From assembly GCA_964016885.1 (NCBI GenBank), contig OZ024761.1, positions 13,020,001 to 13,084,000 on the forward strand: a DNA stretch of 64,000 bases. The letters are read 5' to 3'. Below the pieces are notes generated by a model. That model searched no databases. It saw only the letters and a list, made by a program, of their open reading frames with translations, and was not told the origin of the DNA. A program made the translations under genes and the position numbers. This stretch comes from Eledone cirrhosa. Taxonomy: Eukaryota. How positions within the stretch are numbered: position 1 is the stretch's first letter; each line of letters begins with the position of its first letter. Positions 27,101 through 39,533 of this stretch are shown in pieces.

Positions 27101-30100
27101 TAGGTCAACTGGGAGTTTATAACACACATAACCCTATCAGTGAGGCCCTTTAGTATAGGTCAACTGGGAGTTTATAACACACATAACCCTATCAGTGAAG
27201 CCCTTTAGTATAGGTCAACTGGGAGTTTATAACACACATAACCCTATCAGTGAAGCCCTTTAGTATAGGTCAACTGGGAGTTTATAACACACATAACCCT
27301 ATCAGTGAAGCCCTTTAGTGTAGGTCAACTGGGAGTTTATAACACACATAACCCTATCAGTGAAGCCCTTTAGTGTAGGTCAACTGGGAGTTTATAACAC
27401 ACATAACCCTATCAGTGAAGCCCTTTAGTATAGGTCAACTGGGAGTTTATAACACACATAACCCTATCAGTGAAGCCCTTTAGTATAGGTCAACTGGGAG
27501 TTTATAACACACATAACCCTATCAGTGAGGCCCTTTAGTATAGGTCAACTGGGAGTTTATAACACACATAACCCTATCAGTGAAGCCCTTTAGTATAGGT
27601 CAACTGGGAGTTTATAACACACATAACCCTATCAGTGAAGCCCTTTAGTATAGGTCAACTGGGAGTTTATAACACACATAACCCTATCAGTGAGGCCCTT
27701 TAGTATAGGTCAACTGGGAGTTTATAACACACATAACCCTATCAGTGAAGCCCTTTAGTATAGGTCAACTGGGAGTTTATAACACACATAACCCTATCAG
27801 TGAAGCCCTTTAGTATAGGTCAACTGGGTGTTTATAACACACATAACCCTATCAGTGAGGCCCTTTAGTATAGGTCAACTGGGAGTTTATAACACACATA
27901 ACCCTATCAGTGAAGCCCTTTAGTATAGGTCAACTGGGAGTTTATAACACACATAACCCTATCAGTGAAGCCCTTTAGTATAGGTCAACTGGGAGTTTAT
28001 AACACACATAACCCTATCAGTGAGGCCCTTTAGTATAGGTCAACTGGGAGTTTATAACACACATAACCCTATCAGTGAGGCCCTTTAGTATAGGTCAACT
28101 GGGAGTTTATAACACACATAACCCTATCAGTGAAGCCCTTTAGTATAGGTCAACTGGGAGTTTATAACACACATAACCCTATCAGTGAGGCCCTTTAGTA
28201 TAGGTCAACTGGGAGTTTATAACACACATAACCCTATCAGTGAGGCCCTTTAGTATAGGTCAACTGGGAGTTTATAACACACATAACCCTATCAGTGAGG
28301 CCCTTTAGTATAGGTCAACTGGGAGTTTATAACACACATAACCCTATCAGTGAAGCCCTTTAGTATAGGTCAACTGGGAGTTTATAACACACATAACCCT
28401 ATCAGTGAGGCCCTTTAGTATAGGTCAACTGGGAGTTTATAACACACATAACCCTATCAGTGAAGCCCTTTAGTATAGGTCAACTGGGAGTTTACAACAC
28501 ACATAACCCTATCAGTGAGGCCCTTTAGTATAGGTCAACTGGGAGTTTATAACACACATAACCCTATCAGTGAAGCCCTTTAGTATAGGTCAACTGGGAG
28601 TTTATAACACACATAACCCTATCAGTGAGGCCCTTTAGTATAGGTCAACTGGGAGTTTATAACACACATAACCCTATCAGTGAAGCCCTTTAGTATAGGT
28701 CAACTGGGAGTTTATAACACACATAACCCTATCAGTGAAGCCCTTTAGTATAGGTCAACTGGGAGTTTATAACACACATAACCCTATCAGTGAGGCCCTT
28801 TAGTATAGGTCAACTGGGAGTTTATAACACACATAACCCTATCAGTGAAGCCCTTTAGGATAGGTCAACTGGGAGTTTATAACACACATAACCCTATCAG
28901 TGAGGCCCTTTAGTATAGGTCAACTGGGAGTTTATAACACACATAACCCTATCAGTGAAGCCCTTTAGTATAGGTCAACTGGGAGTTTATAACACACATA
29001 ACCCTATCAGTGAGGCCCTTTAGTATAGGTCAACTGGGAGTTTATAACACACATAACCCTATCAGTGAAGCCCTTTAGTATAGGTCAACTGGGAGTTTAT
29101 AACACACATAACCCTATCAGTGAAGCCCTTTAGTATAGGTCAACTGGGAGTTTATAACACACATAACCCTATCAGTGAAGCCCTTTAGTATAGGTCAACT
29201 GGGAGTTTATAACACACATAACCCTATCAGTGAAGCCCTTTAGTATAGGTCAACTGGGAGTTTATAACACACATAACCCTATCAGTGAAGCCCTTTAGTA
29301 TAGGTCAACTGGGAGTTTATAACACACATAACCCTATCAGTGAGGCCCTTTAGTATAGGTCAACTGGGAGTTTATAACACACATAACCCTATCAGTGAAG
29401 CCCTTTAGTATAGGTCAACTGGGAGTTTATAACACACATAACCCTATCAGTGAGGCCCTTTAGTATAGGTCAACTGGGAGTTTATAACACACATAACCCT
29501 ATCAGTGAAGCCCTTTAGTATAGGTCAACTGGGAGTTTATAACACACATAACCCTATCAGTGAAGCCCTTTAGTGTAGGTCAACTGGGAGTTTATAACAC
29601 ACATAACCCTATCAGTGAAGCCCTTTAGTGTAGGTCAACTGGGAGTTTATAACACACATAACCCTATCAGTGAAGCCCTTTAGTATAGGTCAACTGGGAG
29701 TTTATAACACACATAACCCTATCAGTGAAGCCCTTTAGTATAGGTCAACTGGGAGTTTATAACACACATAACCCTATCAGTGAGGCCCTTTAGTATAGGT
29801 CAACTGGGAGTTTATAACACACATAACCCTATCAGTGAAGCCCTTTAGTATAGGTCAACTGGGAGTTTATAACACACATAACCCTATCAGTGAAGCCCTT
29901 TAGTATAGGTCAACTGGGAGTTTATAACACACATAACCCTATCAGTGAGGCCCTTTAGTATAGGTCAACTGGGAGTTTATAACACACATAACCCTATCAG
30001 TGAAGCCCTTTAGTATAGGTCAACTGGGAGTTTATAACACACATAACCCTATCAGTGAAGCCCTTTAGTATAGGTCAACTGGGAGTTTATAACACACATA

Positions 30101-31674
30101 ACCCTATCAGTGAGGCCCTTTAGTATAGGTCAACTGGGAGTTTATAACACACATAACCCTATCAGTGAAGCCCTTTAGTATAGGTCAACTGGGAGTTTAT
30201 AACACACATAACCCTATCAGTGAAGCCCTTTAGTATAGGTCAACTGGGAGTTTATAACACACATAACCCTATCAGTGAGGCCCTTTAGTATAGGTCAACT
30301 GGGAGTTTATAACACACATAACCCTATCAGTGAGGCCCTTTAGTATAGGTCAACTGGGAGTTTATAACACACATAACCCTATCAGTGAAGCCCTTTAGTA
30401 TAGGTCAACTGGGAGTTTATAACACACATAACCCTATCAGTGAAGCCCTTTAGTATAGGTCAACTGGGAGTTTATAACACACATAACCCTATCAGTGAGG
30501 CCCTTTAGTATAGGTCAACTGGGAGTTTATAACACACATAACACTATCAGTGAAGCCCTTTAGTATAGGTCAACTGGGAGTTTATAACACACATAACCCT
30601 ATCAGTGAAGCCCTTTAGTATAGGTCAACTGGGAGTTTATAACACACATAACCCTATCAGTGAGGCCCTTTAGTATAGGTCAACTGGGAGTTTATAACAC
30701 ACATAACCCTATCAGTAAAGCCCTTTAGTATAGGTCAACTGGGAGTTTATAACACACATAACCCTATCAGTGAAGCCCTTTAGTATAGGTCAACTGGGAG
30801 TTTATAACACACATAACCCTATCAGTGAGGCCCTTTAGTATAGGTCAACTGGGAGTTTATAACACACATAACCCTATCTGTGAAGCCCTTTAGTATAGGT
30901 CAACTGGGAGTTTATAACACACATAACCCTATCAGTGAAGCCCTTTAGTATAGGTCAACTGGGAGTTTATAACACACATAACCCTATCAGTGAGGCCCTT
31001 TAGTATAGGTCAACTGGGAGTTTATAACACACATAACACTATCAGTGAAGCCCTTTAGTATAGGTCAACTGGGAGTTTATAACACACATAACCCTATCAG
31101 TGAAGCCCTTTAGTATAGGTCAACTGGGAGTTTATAACACACATAACCCTATCAGTGAGGCCCTTTAGTATAGGTCAACTGGGAGTTTATAACACACATA
31201 ACCCTATCAGTGAAGCCCTTTAGTATAGGTCAACTGGGAGTTTATAACACACATAACCCTATCAGTGAAGCCCTTTAGTATAGGTCAACTGGGAGTTTAT
31301 AACACACATAACCCTATCAGTGAGGCCCTTTAGTATAGGTCAACTGGGAGTTTATAACACACATAACCCTATCAGTGAAGCCCTTTAGTATAGGTCAACT
31401 GGGAGTTTATAACACACATAACCCTATCAGTGAAGCCCTTTAGTATAGGTCAACTGGGAGTTTATAACACACATAACCTTATCAGTGAGGCCCTTTAGTA
31501 TAGGTCAACTGGGAGTTTATAACACACATAACCCTATCAGTGAAGCCCTTTAGTATAGGTCAACTGGGAGTTTATAACACACATAACCCTATCAGTGAAG
31601 CCCTTTAGTATAGGTCAACTGGGAGTTTATAACACACATAACCCTATCAGTGAAGCCCTTTAGTATAGGTCAAC
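21177..31674. repeat. 55-bp satellite, ~190 near-identical copies (aacacacataaccctatcagtga[a/g]gccctttagtataggtcaactgggagtttat)
   Basis: Exact 55-bp period with no spacers. Confidence 0.98.
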
Positions 31675-31995
31675 TTACAGAGAATTGTATTACGACGGTT
31701 ACAAAAAAAAATTCTAATTAAGCCTACAAGGTAAAAATTAAAAACGGTCACCACGGGCCACTCTGACTGGTCTGGTGGGCCAGATTGTGGCCCGCGGGCT
31801 GCCTGTTGCATGCCCCTAGCATAGACAGTGTCTATATAAATTTGGGCCAATGTGTTTTACTTGTTACCCTACTGTCTTTAGAGCTCTTGAGTTTCTTCTA
31901 CAAAAGCTAGCGACCACCATAACAACAACTGGAGCACTAGATCTTTCACATTCCACTATATTATTTTTTAATACATACATGTATGTGTGTATATG

Positions 31996-32026
<31 letters not shown>

Positions 32027-32055
32027 GTATGTATACATATACATATACATGTGTG

Positions 32056-32110
<55 letters not shown>

Positions 32111-32294
32111 CGTTTCTGAATTTGTTTAGCAAGATTCTTTATCTGAAATCGTGTGTTGAAACCGATATTGTTATACTTTATATATATATATACATGTATA
32201 TATATATATATATATACATATACATGTATATATATATATATATACATACATATACATGTATATGTATGTGTGTATGTATGTGTATACATGCATA

Positions 32295-32328
<34 letters not shown>

Positions 32329-32331
<3 letters not shown>

Positions 32332-32590
32332 TCATCATCGTTAAACGTCCATCTTCCATGCTTGCATGGGTTTGGACGGGAGTTTTCCCACTTGAGGCAA
32401 GATTGGTTGTCTTGCTCGTATAGGACTGTCTGGCAGGTTTTCTACAGCTGGATGCCCTTCCTAACACCAACCACATTTACAGTGTGGACTGGGAACTTTT
32501 TACCGTGTTGCCTACACGGCCACATTACAGCGTGGACTGTGTGTTTTTTTTTTGTCGTGACACCTACACAACCTCATTTATTTCGGACTG
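32329..32590 (-). mobile_element. Short retroposon with (ATG)n tail, related to the CORE-SINE 3' half; second copy at 48395-48660
   Basis: Shares ctacagctggatgcccttcctaacaccaacc with 4496-4836; the two copies are highly similar. Confidence 0.75.
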
Positions 32591-33748
32591 GATGTTGTGG
32601 TACCAACATAACTTTACCTTGAAGGGGGTGGTGTGGGTGGGGTGTGGGTGGTGGGACGGGGGTGTATTTTTGTTAGAGGTGCCTACAGACTGTAGGTTTT
32701 GCTTGTGTGGGTATGTGTATATCGATATATATAATATCACACTGCTAATTAAAAATATCACTCAATGTGGCTGACATCACTCAATACCCATTAGATTTTT
32801 TTCTGCTAATTAATTCCTCTTTAAGGACTTATATGAAAATGTGTGAGAACAAGTTTGTGATTCTTACTAAGTCTTATTAATAACCCCGCCTCTCCCTAGG
32901 GGGCGATAAAAGAAGTTTGTGAATCCTATAAAGTGATGCATTTACCCCCCGCACCCCCCTCTTATCCACCACCACCGCCACCAATCCCTGGGGAGGGGAA
33001 GGAGAAATGGATTATTAATCCCCTCCACCATCCTGACACACACACACACACGCACACGCACACACACACACACACTCACACACACACACACACACACACA
33101 CACTGCTTAACTCAGTAATATTATAGTGTTGTGGAAGGATGAAAGTAATTTGGTGAGAGGAGTGAGGGAGAAGGAGGGGGTGGGTGGGGGTGGACGGAAA
33201 TGGAGGAAGGGGGAGGACCAAGACAGTTCTGGCTGAATATATTGGGTTCTGATTTAAGCACAAGGCCAGCAATTTTGGGGGTGGAGTCGGGTGGGGGTAT
33301 TCCATTAAATTGACTTCTCCAGTGTATGACTGGTACTTTATTTTATCGACCTCCGTAAAGATGAAAGGCAAAGTTAACCTCGGCTGGATTTGAACTCAGA
33401 ACGTAAAGGGCCATAACTTTGTGCCACAAAGCATGTTGTCCCACCCTCCACCAATACTGTCAATACAAATAATAATAATAATAATAATGGTTTCATATAT
33501 AGGCACAAGGCCAGCATATTTTGTTGGAGGGGGAAGTTAATTAAATCGACCCCAGTACATTACTGGTGTTTTATGTTATCGACCCCGTAAGGATGAAAGG
33601 CAAAGTTAACCTCGGCGGGATTTGAACTCAGATCGTGAAGGGCCGTAACTCTAAGCCATAAAACATGTTGCTCGATGCTCTACTGATTCTGCTGGAAGAA
33701 GAAATGAAAGTCTGAACCAGGGTACAATGAAGATGTTTGACATGGGTT

Positions 33749-35790
33749 CCTTTAATGTTCAAACCGGCCAAAACCGGCCAGAATTCTCCACCTCTATCTG
33801 TTGAAACTGGCTGTAACTGGTCACTCATACTGATGTTAAGGTATTGTTCTCAAAATAAATACTTTCAAAATCTCAGATTCGATATTATGTGAGATAAAGC
33901 CTTTACCATGAAAATACAATAGTATATATAGAGTAATGTAAATGTTATGTGAGATATTATGTGAGATAAAGCCTTTGCCATGAAAATACAATAGTATATA
34001 TAGAGTAATGTAAATGTTATGTGAGATATTATGTGAGGTAAAGCCTTTACTGTGAAAATACAATAGTATATATAGAGTAATGTAAATGTTATGTGAGATA
34101 TTATGTGAGGTAAAGCCTTTACCATGAAAATACAATAGTATATATAGAGTAATGTAAATGTTATGTGAGATATTATGTGAGGTAAAGCCTTTACTGTGAC
34201 AATACAATAGTATATACAGAGTAATGTAAATGTTATGTGAGATATTATGTGAGGTAAAGCCTTTACTGTGAAAATACAATAGTATATATAGAGTAATGTA
34301 AATGTTATGTGAGATATTATGTGAGATAAAGCCTTTGCCATGAAAATACAATAGTATATATAGAGTAATGTAAATGTTATGTGAGATATTATGTGAGATA
34401 AAGCCTTTACCATGAAAATACAATAGTATATATAGAGTAATGTAAATGTTATGTGAGATATTATGTGAGGTAAAGCCTTTACTGTGACAATACAATAGTA
34501 TATATAGAGTAATGTAAATGTTATGTGAGATATTATGTGAGATAAAGCCTTTACCATGAAAATACAATAGTATATATAGAGTAATGTAAATGTTATGTGA
34601 GATATTATGTGAGGTAAAGCCTTTACTGTGTAAATACAATAGTATATATAGAGTAATGTAAATGTTATGTGAGATATTATGTGAGATAAAGCCTTTACCA
34701 TGAAAATACAATAGTATATATAGAGTAATGTAAATGTTATGTGAAATATTATGTGAGGTGAAGCCTTTACTGTGAAAATACAATAGTATATATAGAGTAA
34801 TGTAAATGTTATGTGAGGTAAAGCCTTTACTGTGAAAATACAATAGTATATATAGAGTAATGTAAATGTTATGTGAGATATTATGTGAGGTAAAGCCTTT
34901 ACCATGAAAATACAATAGTATATATAGAGTAATGTAAATGTTATGTGAGATATTATGTGAGGTAAAGCCTTTACTGTGTAAATACAATAGTATATATAGA
35001 GTAATGTAAATGTTATGTGAGATATTATGTGAGATAAAGCCTTTACTGTGAAAATACAATAGTATATATAGAGTAATGTAAATGGTATGTGAGATATTAT
35101 GTGAGGTAAAGCCTTTACCATGAAAATACAATAGTATATATAGAGTAATGTAAATGTTATGTGAGATATTATGAGATAAAGCCTTTACTGTGTAAATACA
35201 ATAGTATATATAGAGTAATGTAAATGTTATGTGAGATATTATGTGAGGTAAAGCCTTTACTGTGTAAATACAATAGTATATATAGAGTAATGTAAATGTT
35301 ATGTGAGATATTATGTGAGGTAAAGCCTTTACCATGAAAATACAATAGTATATATAGAGTAATGTAAATGTTATGTGAGGTAAAGCCTTTACCATGAAAA
35401 TACAATAGTATATATAGAGTAATGTAAATGTTATGTGAGATATTATGTGAGGTAAAGCCTTTACCGTGAAAATACAATAGTATATATAGAGTAATGTAAA
35501 TGTTATGTGAGGTAAAGCCTTTACCATGAAAATACAATAGTATATATAGAGTAATGTAAATGTTATGTGAGATATTATGTAAGGTAAAGCCTTTACTGTG
35601 AAAATACAATAGTATATATAGAGTAATGTAAATGTTATGTGAGATATTATGTGAGGTAAAGCCTTTACTGTGACAATACAATAGTATATATAGAGTAATG
35701 TAAATGTTATGTGAGATATTATGTGAGGTAAAGCCTTTACTGTGACAATACAATAGTATATATAGAGTAATGTGAATGCTAAAGGGTTAA
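33749..35790 (+). mobile_element. piggyBac-type MITE with internal 72-bp tandem expansion (~26 units)
   Basis: Same body as 17533-17748; right end aatgctaaagggTTAA; left end eroded. Confidence 0.85.
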
Positions 35791-36581
35791 AGCTAACCCT
35801 AGGGGCTAGAGTGGGTGAGGGTGGAGGGGGCTGCCAATAAGATATAATGGAGAAGTTTAACATGGGTTCCTACAAAGTCAACCCCCTGGGGTTGAGGGAA
35901 AGGAGGCCTTAAAACACTTGTTGTATCCCTTCAGTGGGGTACCTGGGTGAAGAAGACTTCCTCCTTGTTAGTAGGGAAGCTGGGTGAAGACACCACACCC
36001 TTCCTTGACAGTAGTGGTGGTGGTGGTGGTGGTGGTGGTGGTGGTGGCAATGGGCCACAAACCCACACATATATACTCAAATGAAGTGAATTTGATGTCA
36101 AGGACTTATTCCTCTAGTTCCTCCCCCTACTCTCACACACAGACCTTGTGTTTTATGTCTGATGAGGAAAGGAATTTAATGTCTTGCCACCCAGCTCCCA
36201 ACACCCCACCATCATCATCACACCACCACCACCATCATCACCCCAGCACCACCACCCCACCACCACCATCACCCCACTACCACCACAGACACCAGCATCA
36301 CCCCACCAGCATCACCCCACCACCATCATCTCTGTGATCACTACCTCTAGTTCCACCATCGCCATCACCACCCCCACTACCCCCACCACCACCACCACCC
36401 CACTATCTTGTATGTTATTTAGTGAATGAAATTAATTAAATTGAATTAGGAAACCTTTTTAGATTAATTATAAAATTATTTGGGTTGTTTAGATTGTATA
36501 ACGACACATGGCAGCTTGTTTGTGTGTGTAAATATCTTTTATATATATTTATATATATAATATATATATATATATTATATA

Positions 36582-36663
<82 letters not shown>

Positions 36664-36673
36664 ATATATTATA

Positions 36674-36681
<8 letters not shown>

Positions 36682-36705
<24 letters not shown>

Positions 36706-37075
36706 AATTATTGTGTAAAGTGCTCAGGTGCACTACAACTCGTCAAAGGTGTATGTATAGTACATAGAATAATACACAAATGTCAGGGAAGTGCATGTGT
36801 GTATGTGTTAGCTGTAGTGTTGGCGGATCTCGGGAAGCATGGAGGCCTTAAAGGATGCAGTGTCTCGACAGCTAACAACTGATGCAGGTAGTTTGTTCCA
36901 TGATTCAGCAACTCTGAGCGTGAAAAAATGTTTCTGAAAGTCATGGGAACTGTGCTGTTTTCTGACTTTGTGGGCATGTCCACGTGTGTTAGACACATGG
37001 AAATCAAAAAGGTACTCAGGGTTGTTGTTGGCAACATGGTTAACAATTTTGTGGGTGTTTACTAAGTCAGTTGCT
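36682..37075 (-). mobile_element. CR1-type LINE 3' end (ORF2 C-terminus, 3' UTR, (TTA)n tail)
   Basis: TRGHAHKV...KHFFTLRVAESWNKLPASVV...FK motif; the same 3' UTR occurs alone twice at about 9960-10230. Confidence 0.85.
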
Positions 37076-37113
37076 ATATATATATATATAAGTGGTAACA
37101 CAACAGTTAGTTC

Positions 37114-37165
37114 ACCATACCAAGAACAATTGTTTCACCTTAGTGGATCCTCAGCTCGTAATGGT
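37114..37165 (-). ncRNA. Minimal type I hammerhead motif, left arm of palindrome
   Basis: Minus strand: ACCATTACGAG-CTGAGGA-TCCACTAAGGT-GAAAC-AATT-GTT/CTTGGTATGGT. Confidence 0.68.
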
Positions 37166-37188
37166 CAGGGTTATACAGAATAACCCTG

Positions 37189-37240
37189 ACCATTACAAGC
37201 TGAGGATCCGCTAAGGTGAAACAATTGTTCTTGGTATGGT
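37189..37240 (+). ncRNA. Minimal type I hammerhead motif, right arm of palindrome (sense to ACAP pre-mRNA)
   Basis: ACCAT-TA-CAAG-CTGAGGA-T CC GCTAA GG T-GAAAC-AATT-GTT/CTTG-GT-ATGGT. Stem I 4+5 bp, palindromic AATT loop III, GUU site. Confidence 0.72.
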
Positions 37241-37348
37241 GAACTAACTGTTGTGTTACCACTTCTACCTAACTCGTCCCATGGACTGAGTGCTCTACCA
37301 CTACGGATATTACCTTCCAGTGTTCTACCTCTCTCTCTCTCTATCACA

Positions 37349-37385
<37 letters not shown>

Positions 37386-37557
37386 ATACTATTTATAGTT
37401 ATGTATATAGTATAAACAACTATAAACAGGAAAGGTCAGTAATTTCTTATTACCTTATTACCAGTAAGAGAAATAGCTCAATGTAGGAACATCAGTTGTT
37501 TTACTGAGCAGGAAAATAAATAAATTATACAATTATCAAAGTTGTGTTCAAATCATT

Positions 37558-37611
37558 TAATAGCTGACAATCGTTTCTTCCAAACTCTTGTTTGGAGTCA
37601 TCAGAGCATTA
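37558..37611 (-). ncRNA. Minimal type I hammerhead motif with GUC site
   Basis: Minus strand: TAATGCT-CTGATGA-C TCCAAAC AAGA GTTTGGA A-GAAAC-GATT-GTC/AGC T ATTA; 7-bp stem II. Confidence 0.72.
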
Positions 37612-38239
37612 TCAATGTTTGCACATATAATTAACCTCCTATTCAACAGAACAATAATATAGATACATATAAATTGATGTTGTGAGCAACAGTTTCGTAT
37701 TTATAGGGTGGAATGGATGTGACATATTTTACGAGAATTGTACAATAATTGTATAAACATTCAAGTTCAAATTAAAATCAAAAGCACGGAGTGGAATACA
37801 TGCAACAGATAAAACAAGAGAATAGTCCAACCATTAAAGAGGCATTGAGAAAGGAAGAGTACATTAACAATTCATATGCAGGCGTGTGGAGGGTGCAACT
37901 GTGTTAGTCATATACATGAGAAGGAGACAAGCAAAAATATTATGCATATATAGATGAATAAATACTGCACTCTAAGCAAATATGTTAATGTATTAGAATC
38001 TATGGTGGATGCTGTATGCTGATTGTGTTCGAATTATTGTGTGTTGAGAAACACAGTTTTTGCAGACTTTTCCATGACATATGTTGAATTAAATTTTAGT
38101 TAATGTTTATATTGAATGTTTTAAGTTAGTTAGAGCAATGGATTGTAAATTAGTCTTAATGTATTCATATTCATAGACTATATTTGATCAACCGGTAAAT
38201 TTTCCAATCCTATATATATAATATATATATATATATATT

Positions 38240-38291
<52 letters not shown>

Positions 38292-38475
38292 TATATGTGT
38301 GTTGTATACATACATACACATTCAAATACATATATAACATATTTACACACACACACACACACACATACACACACATACGAGATGTCAACAGGAATGGACC
38401 TGTTATTTTTATCTAAATACATTTTTTCCAATTCCAACCCGCCCGTTCCCTCAATCTATCTTATTTCTCATTCTT

Positions 38476-38511
38476 TCTTCTGATGAAAGACTAGCGTCCG
38501 AAACGTTAAGA
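38476..38511 (+). ncRNA. Degenerate hammerhead-like motif
   Basis: TCTT-CTGATGA-AA GAC TAGC GTC C-GAAAC-GTT/AAGA; stem III nearly absent. Confidence 0.4.
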
Positions 38512-38610
38512 CCCTCTTCCTGCTATATCAAGCGTTAACCTAATATATACCTTCCATATACTGTACCTATTGTGTTGTTATTTCTGTTTACCTTTTACAT
38601 ACATACATAT

Positions 38611-38641
<31 letters not shown>

Positions 38642-38642
<1 letters not shown>

Positions 38643-38993
38643 GGAGGCACATGGCTTAGTGGTTAGAGCATTGGCCTTGCAATCGAAAGGTTGTGAGTTC
38701 AATTCTCAGACCGGGTGATGTGTTGTTTCCTTGAGCAAGACACTTTATTTCACATTGCTCCAGTTTACTCAGCTGTAGAAATGAGATGATAGGGACTGGG
38801 GTCCATATCATTCCACTGCAAAGTGGTTGTGGAGGCGCCACAGCAAAAAAAGCACCCACCACTCACTGTAAATGAGGTTGGTGTTAGGAAGGGCATCCAG
38901 CTGTAGAAATCAAGCCAGAATCGGTTCCCGTCCCACCCTTGCAAGCAGGGAAAAGTGAACATAAAATGAAATGATGAAAAATGATGATGATGA
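38642..38993 (+). mobile_element. Full-length CORE-type SINE inserted in (TA)n
   Basis: A/B boxes, CORE-like segment, RTE-like tail and (ATG)n end; matches 4496-4836. Confidence 0.88.
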
Positions 38994-39062
38994 TATATAT
39001 ATATATATATATATATATCAATGATATTAAATAAATGGAAACTATATTTATAAAACCATATT

Positions 39063-39124
39063 TATTCTATTATATATATTTCAAGGGTACCAAAAATTTT
39101 GGTACGCTCTCATCAGATAAAATA
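39063..39124 (-). ncRNA. Minimal type I hammerhead motif (family A, second copy)
   Basis: Minus strand: TATTTTAT-CTGATGA-GAGC GTACCAAAA T TTTTGGTAC CCTT-GAAA-TATATA-TA/ATAGAATA. Confidence 0.72.
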
Positions 39125-39292
39125 CGAAGTGTGTTTTTTTTAATTTTGACATAACCCAGGATAATATATATATTCCATTTATTTAATATCATTGTATATT
39201 ATACTCCAGAAAATCTGTTGAGTGCTCTGAATCAGTTATAAACATTTATATTTGTTGAATTACCAACAAAATGAATATCCCTTCTGCTTATA

Positions 39293-39332
<40 letters not shown>

Positions 39333-39363
39333 TATCTTTCTTTATAGATAGATAGATAGATAT

Positions 39364-39469
39364 AACAAAATTTAATATAGAAATGGCTTCTACAGGACTA
39401 GAACTGATGATTTCCTTTGAATGAAACAGTTCTAGTCCTGTAGAAGCCATTTCTATATTAAATTTTGTT
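39364..39469. repeat. Perfect 43-bp inverted repeat with 20-nt loop
   Basis: 39364-39406 is the reverse complement of 39427-39469. Confidence 0.92.
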
Positions 39470-39533
39470 GTATACACTCTACTAATGTATTGAGTACCTT
39501 ACTTACAGTTTATACTTGTTGTTGTTGTTTTAG

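Larger units (their letters stand above)
20234..31818. mobile_element. hAT-type non-autonomous element enclosing a LINE-fragment array and the 10.5-kb satellite
   Basis: Imperfect TIRs aggggtgtgcaac / gttgcatgcccct; 8-bp TSD gaatagac (20226-20233) / gcatagac (31819-31826); ggcccgcgggc subterminal motif. Confidence 0.65.

Noticed and set aside
21177-31674. CRISPR-like regular array
   Set aside because: Head-to-tail 55-bp units with no unique spacers, no cas genes, and a eukaryotic intron context.
33836-35863. 675-aa and 418-aa ORFs (also 58204-58932)
   Set aside because: Translations of the 72-bp MITE-internal repeat; no protein signature.
38642-38716. Possible tRNA gene
   Set aside because: A/B boxes belong to a SINE head that continues into a CORE-like body; no clean cloverleaf.
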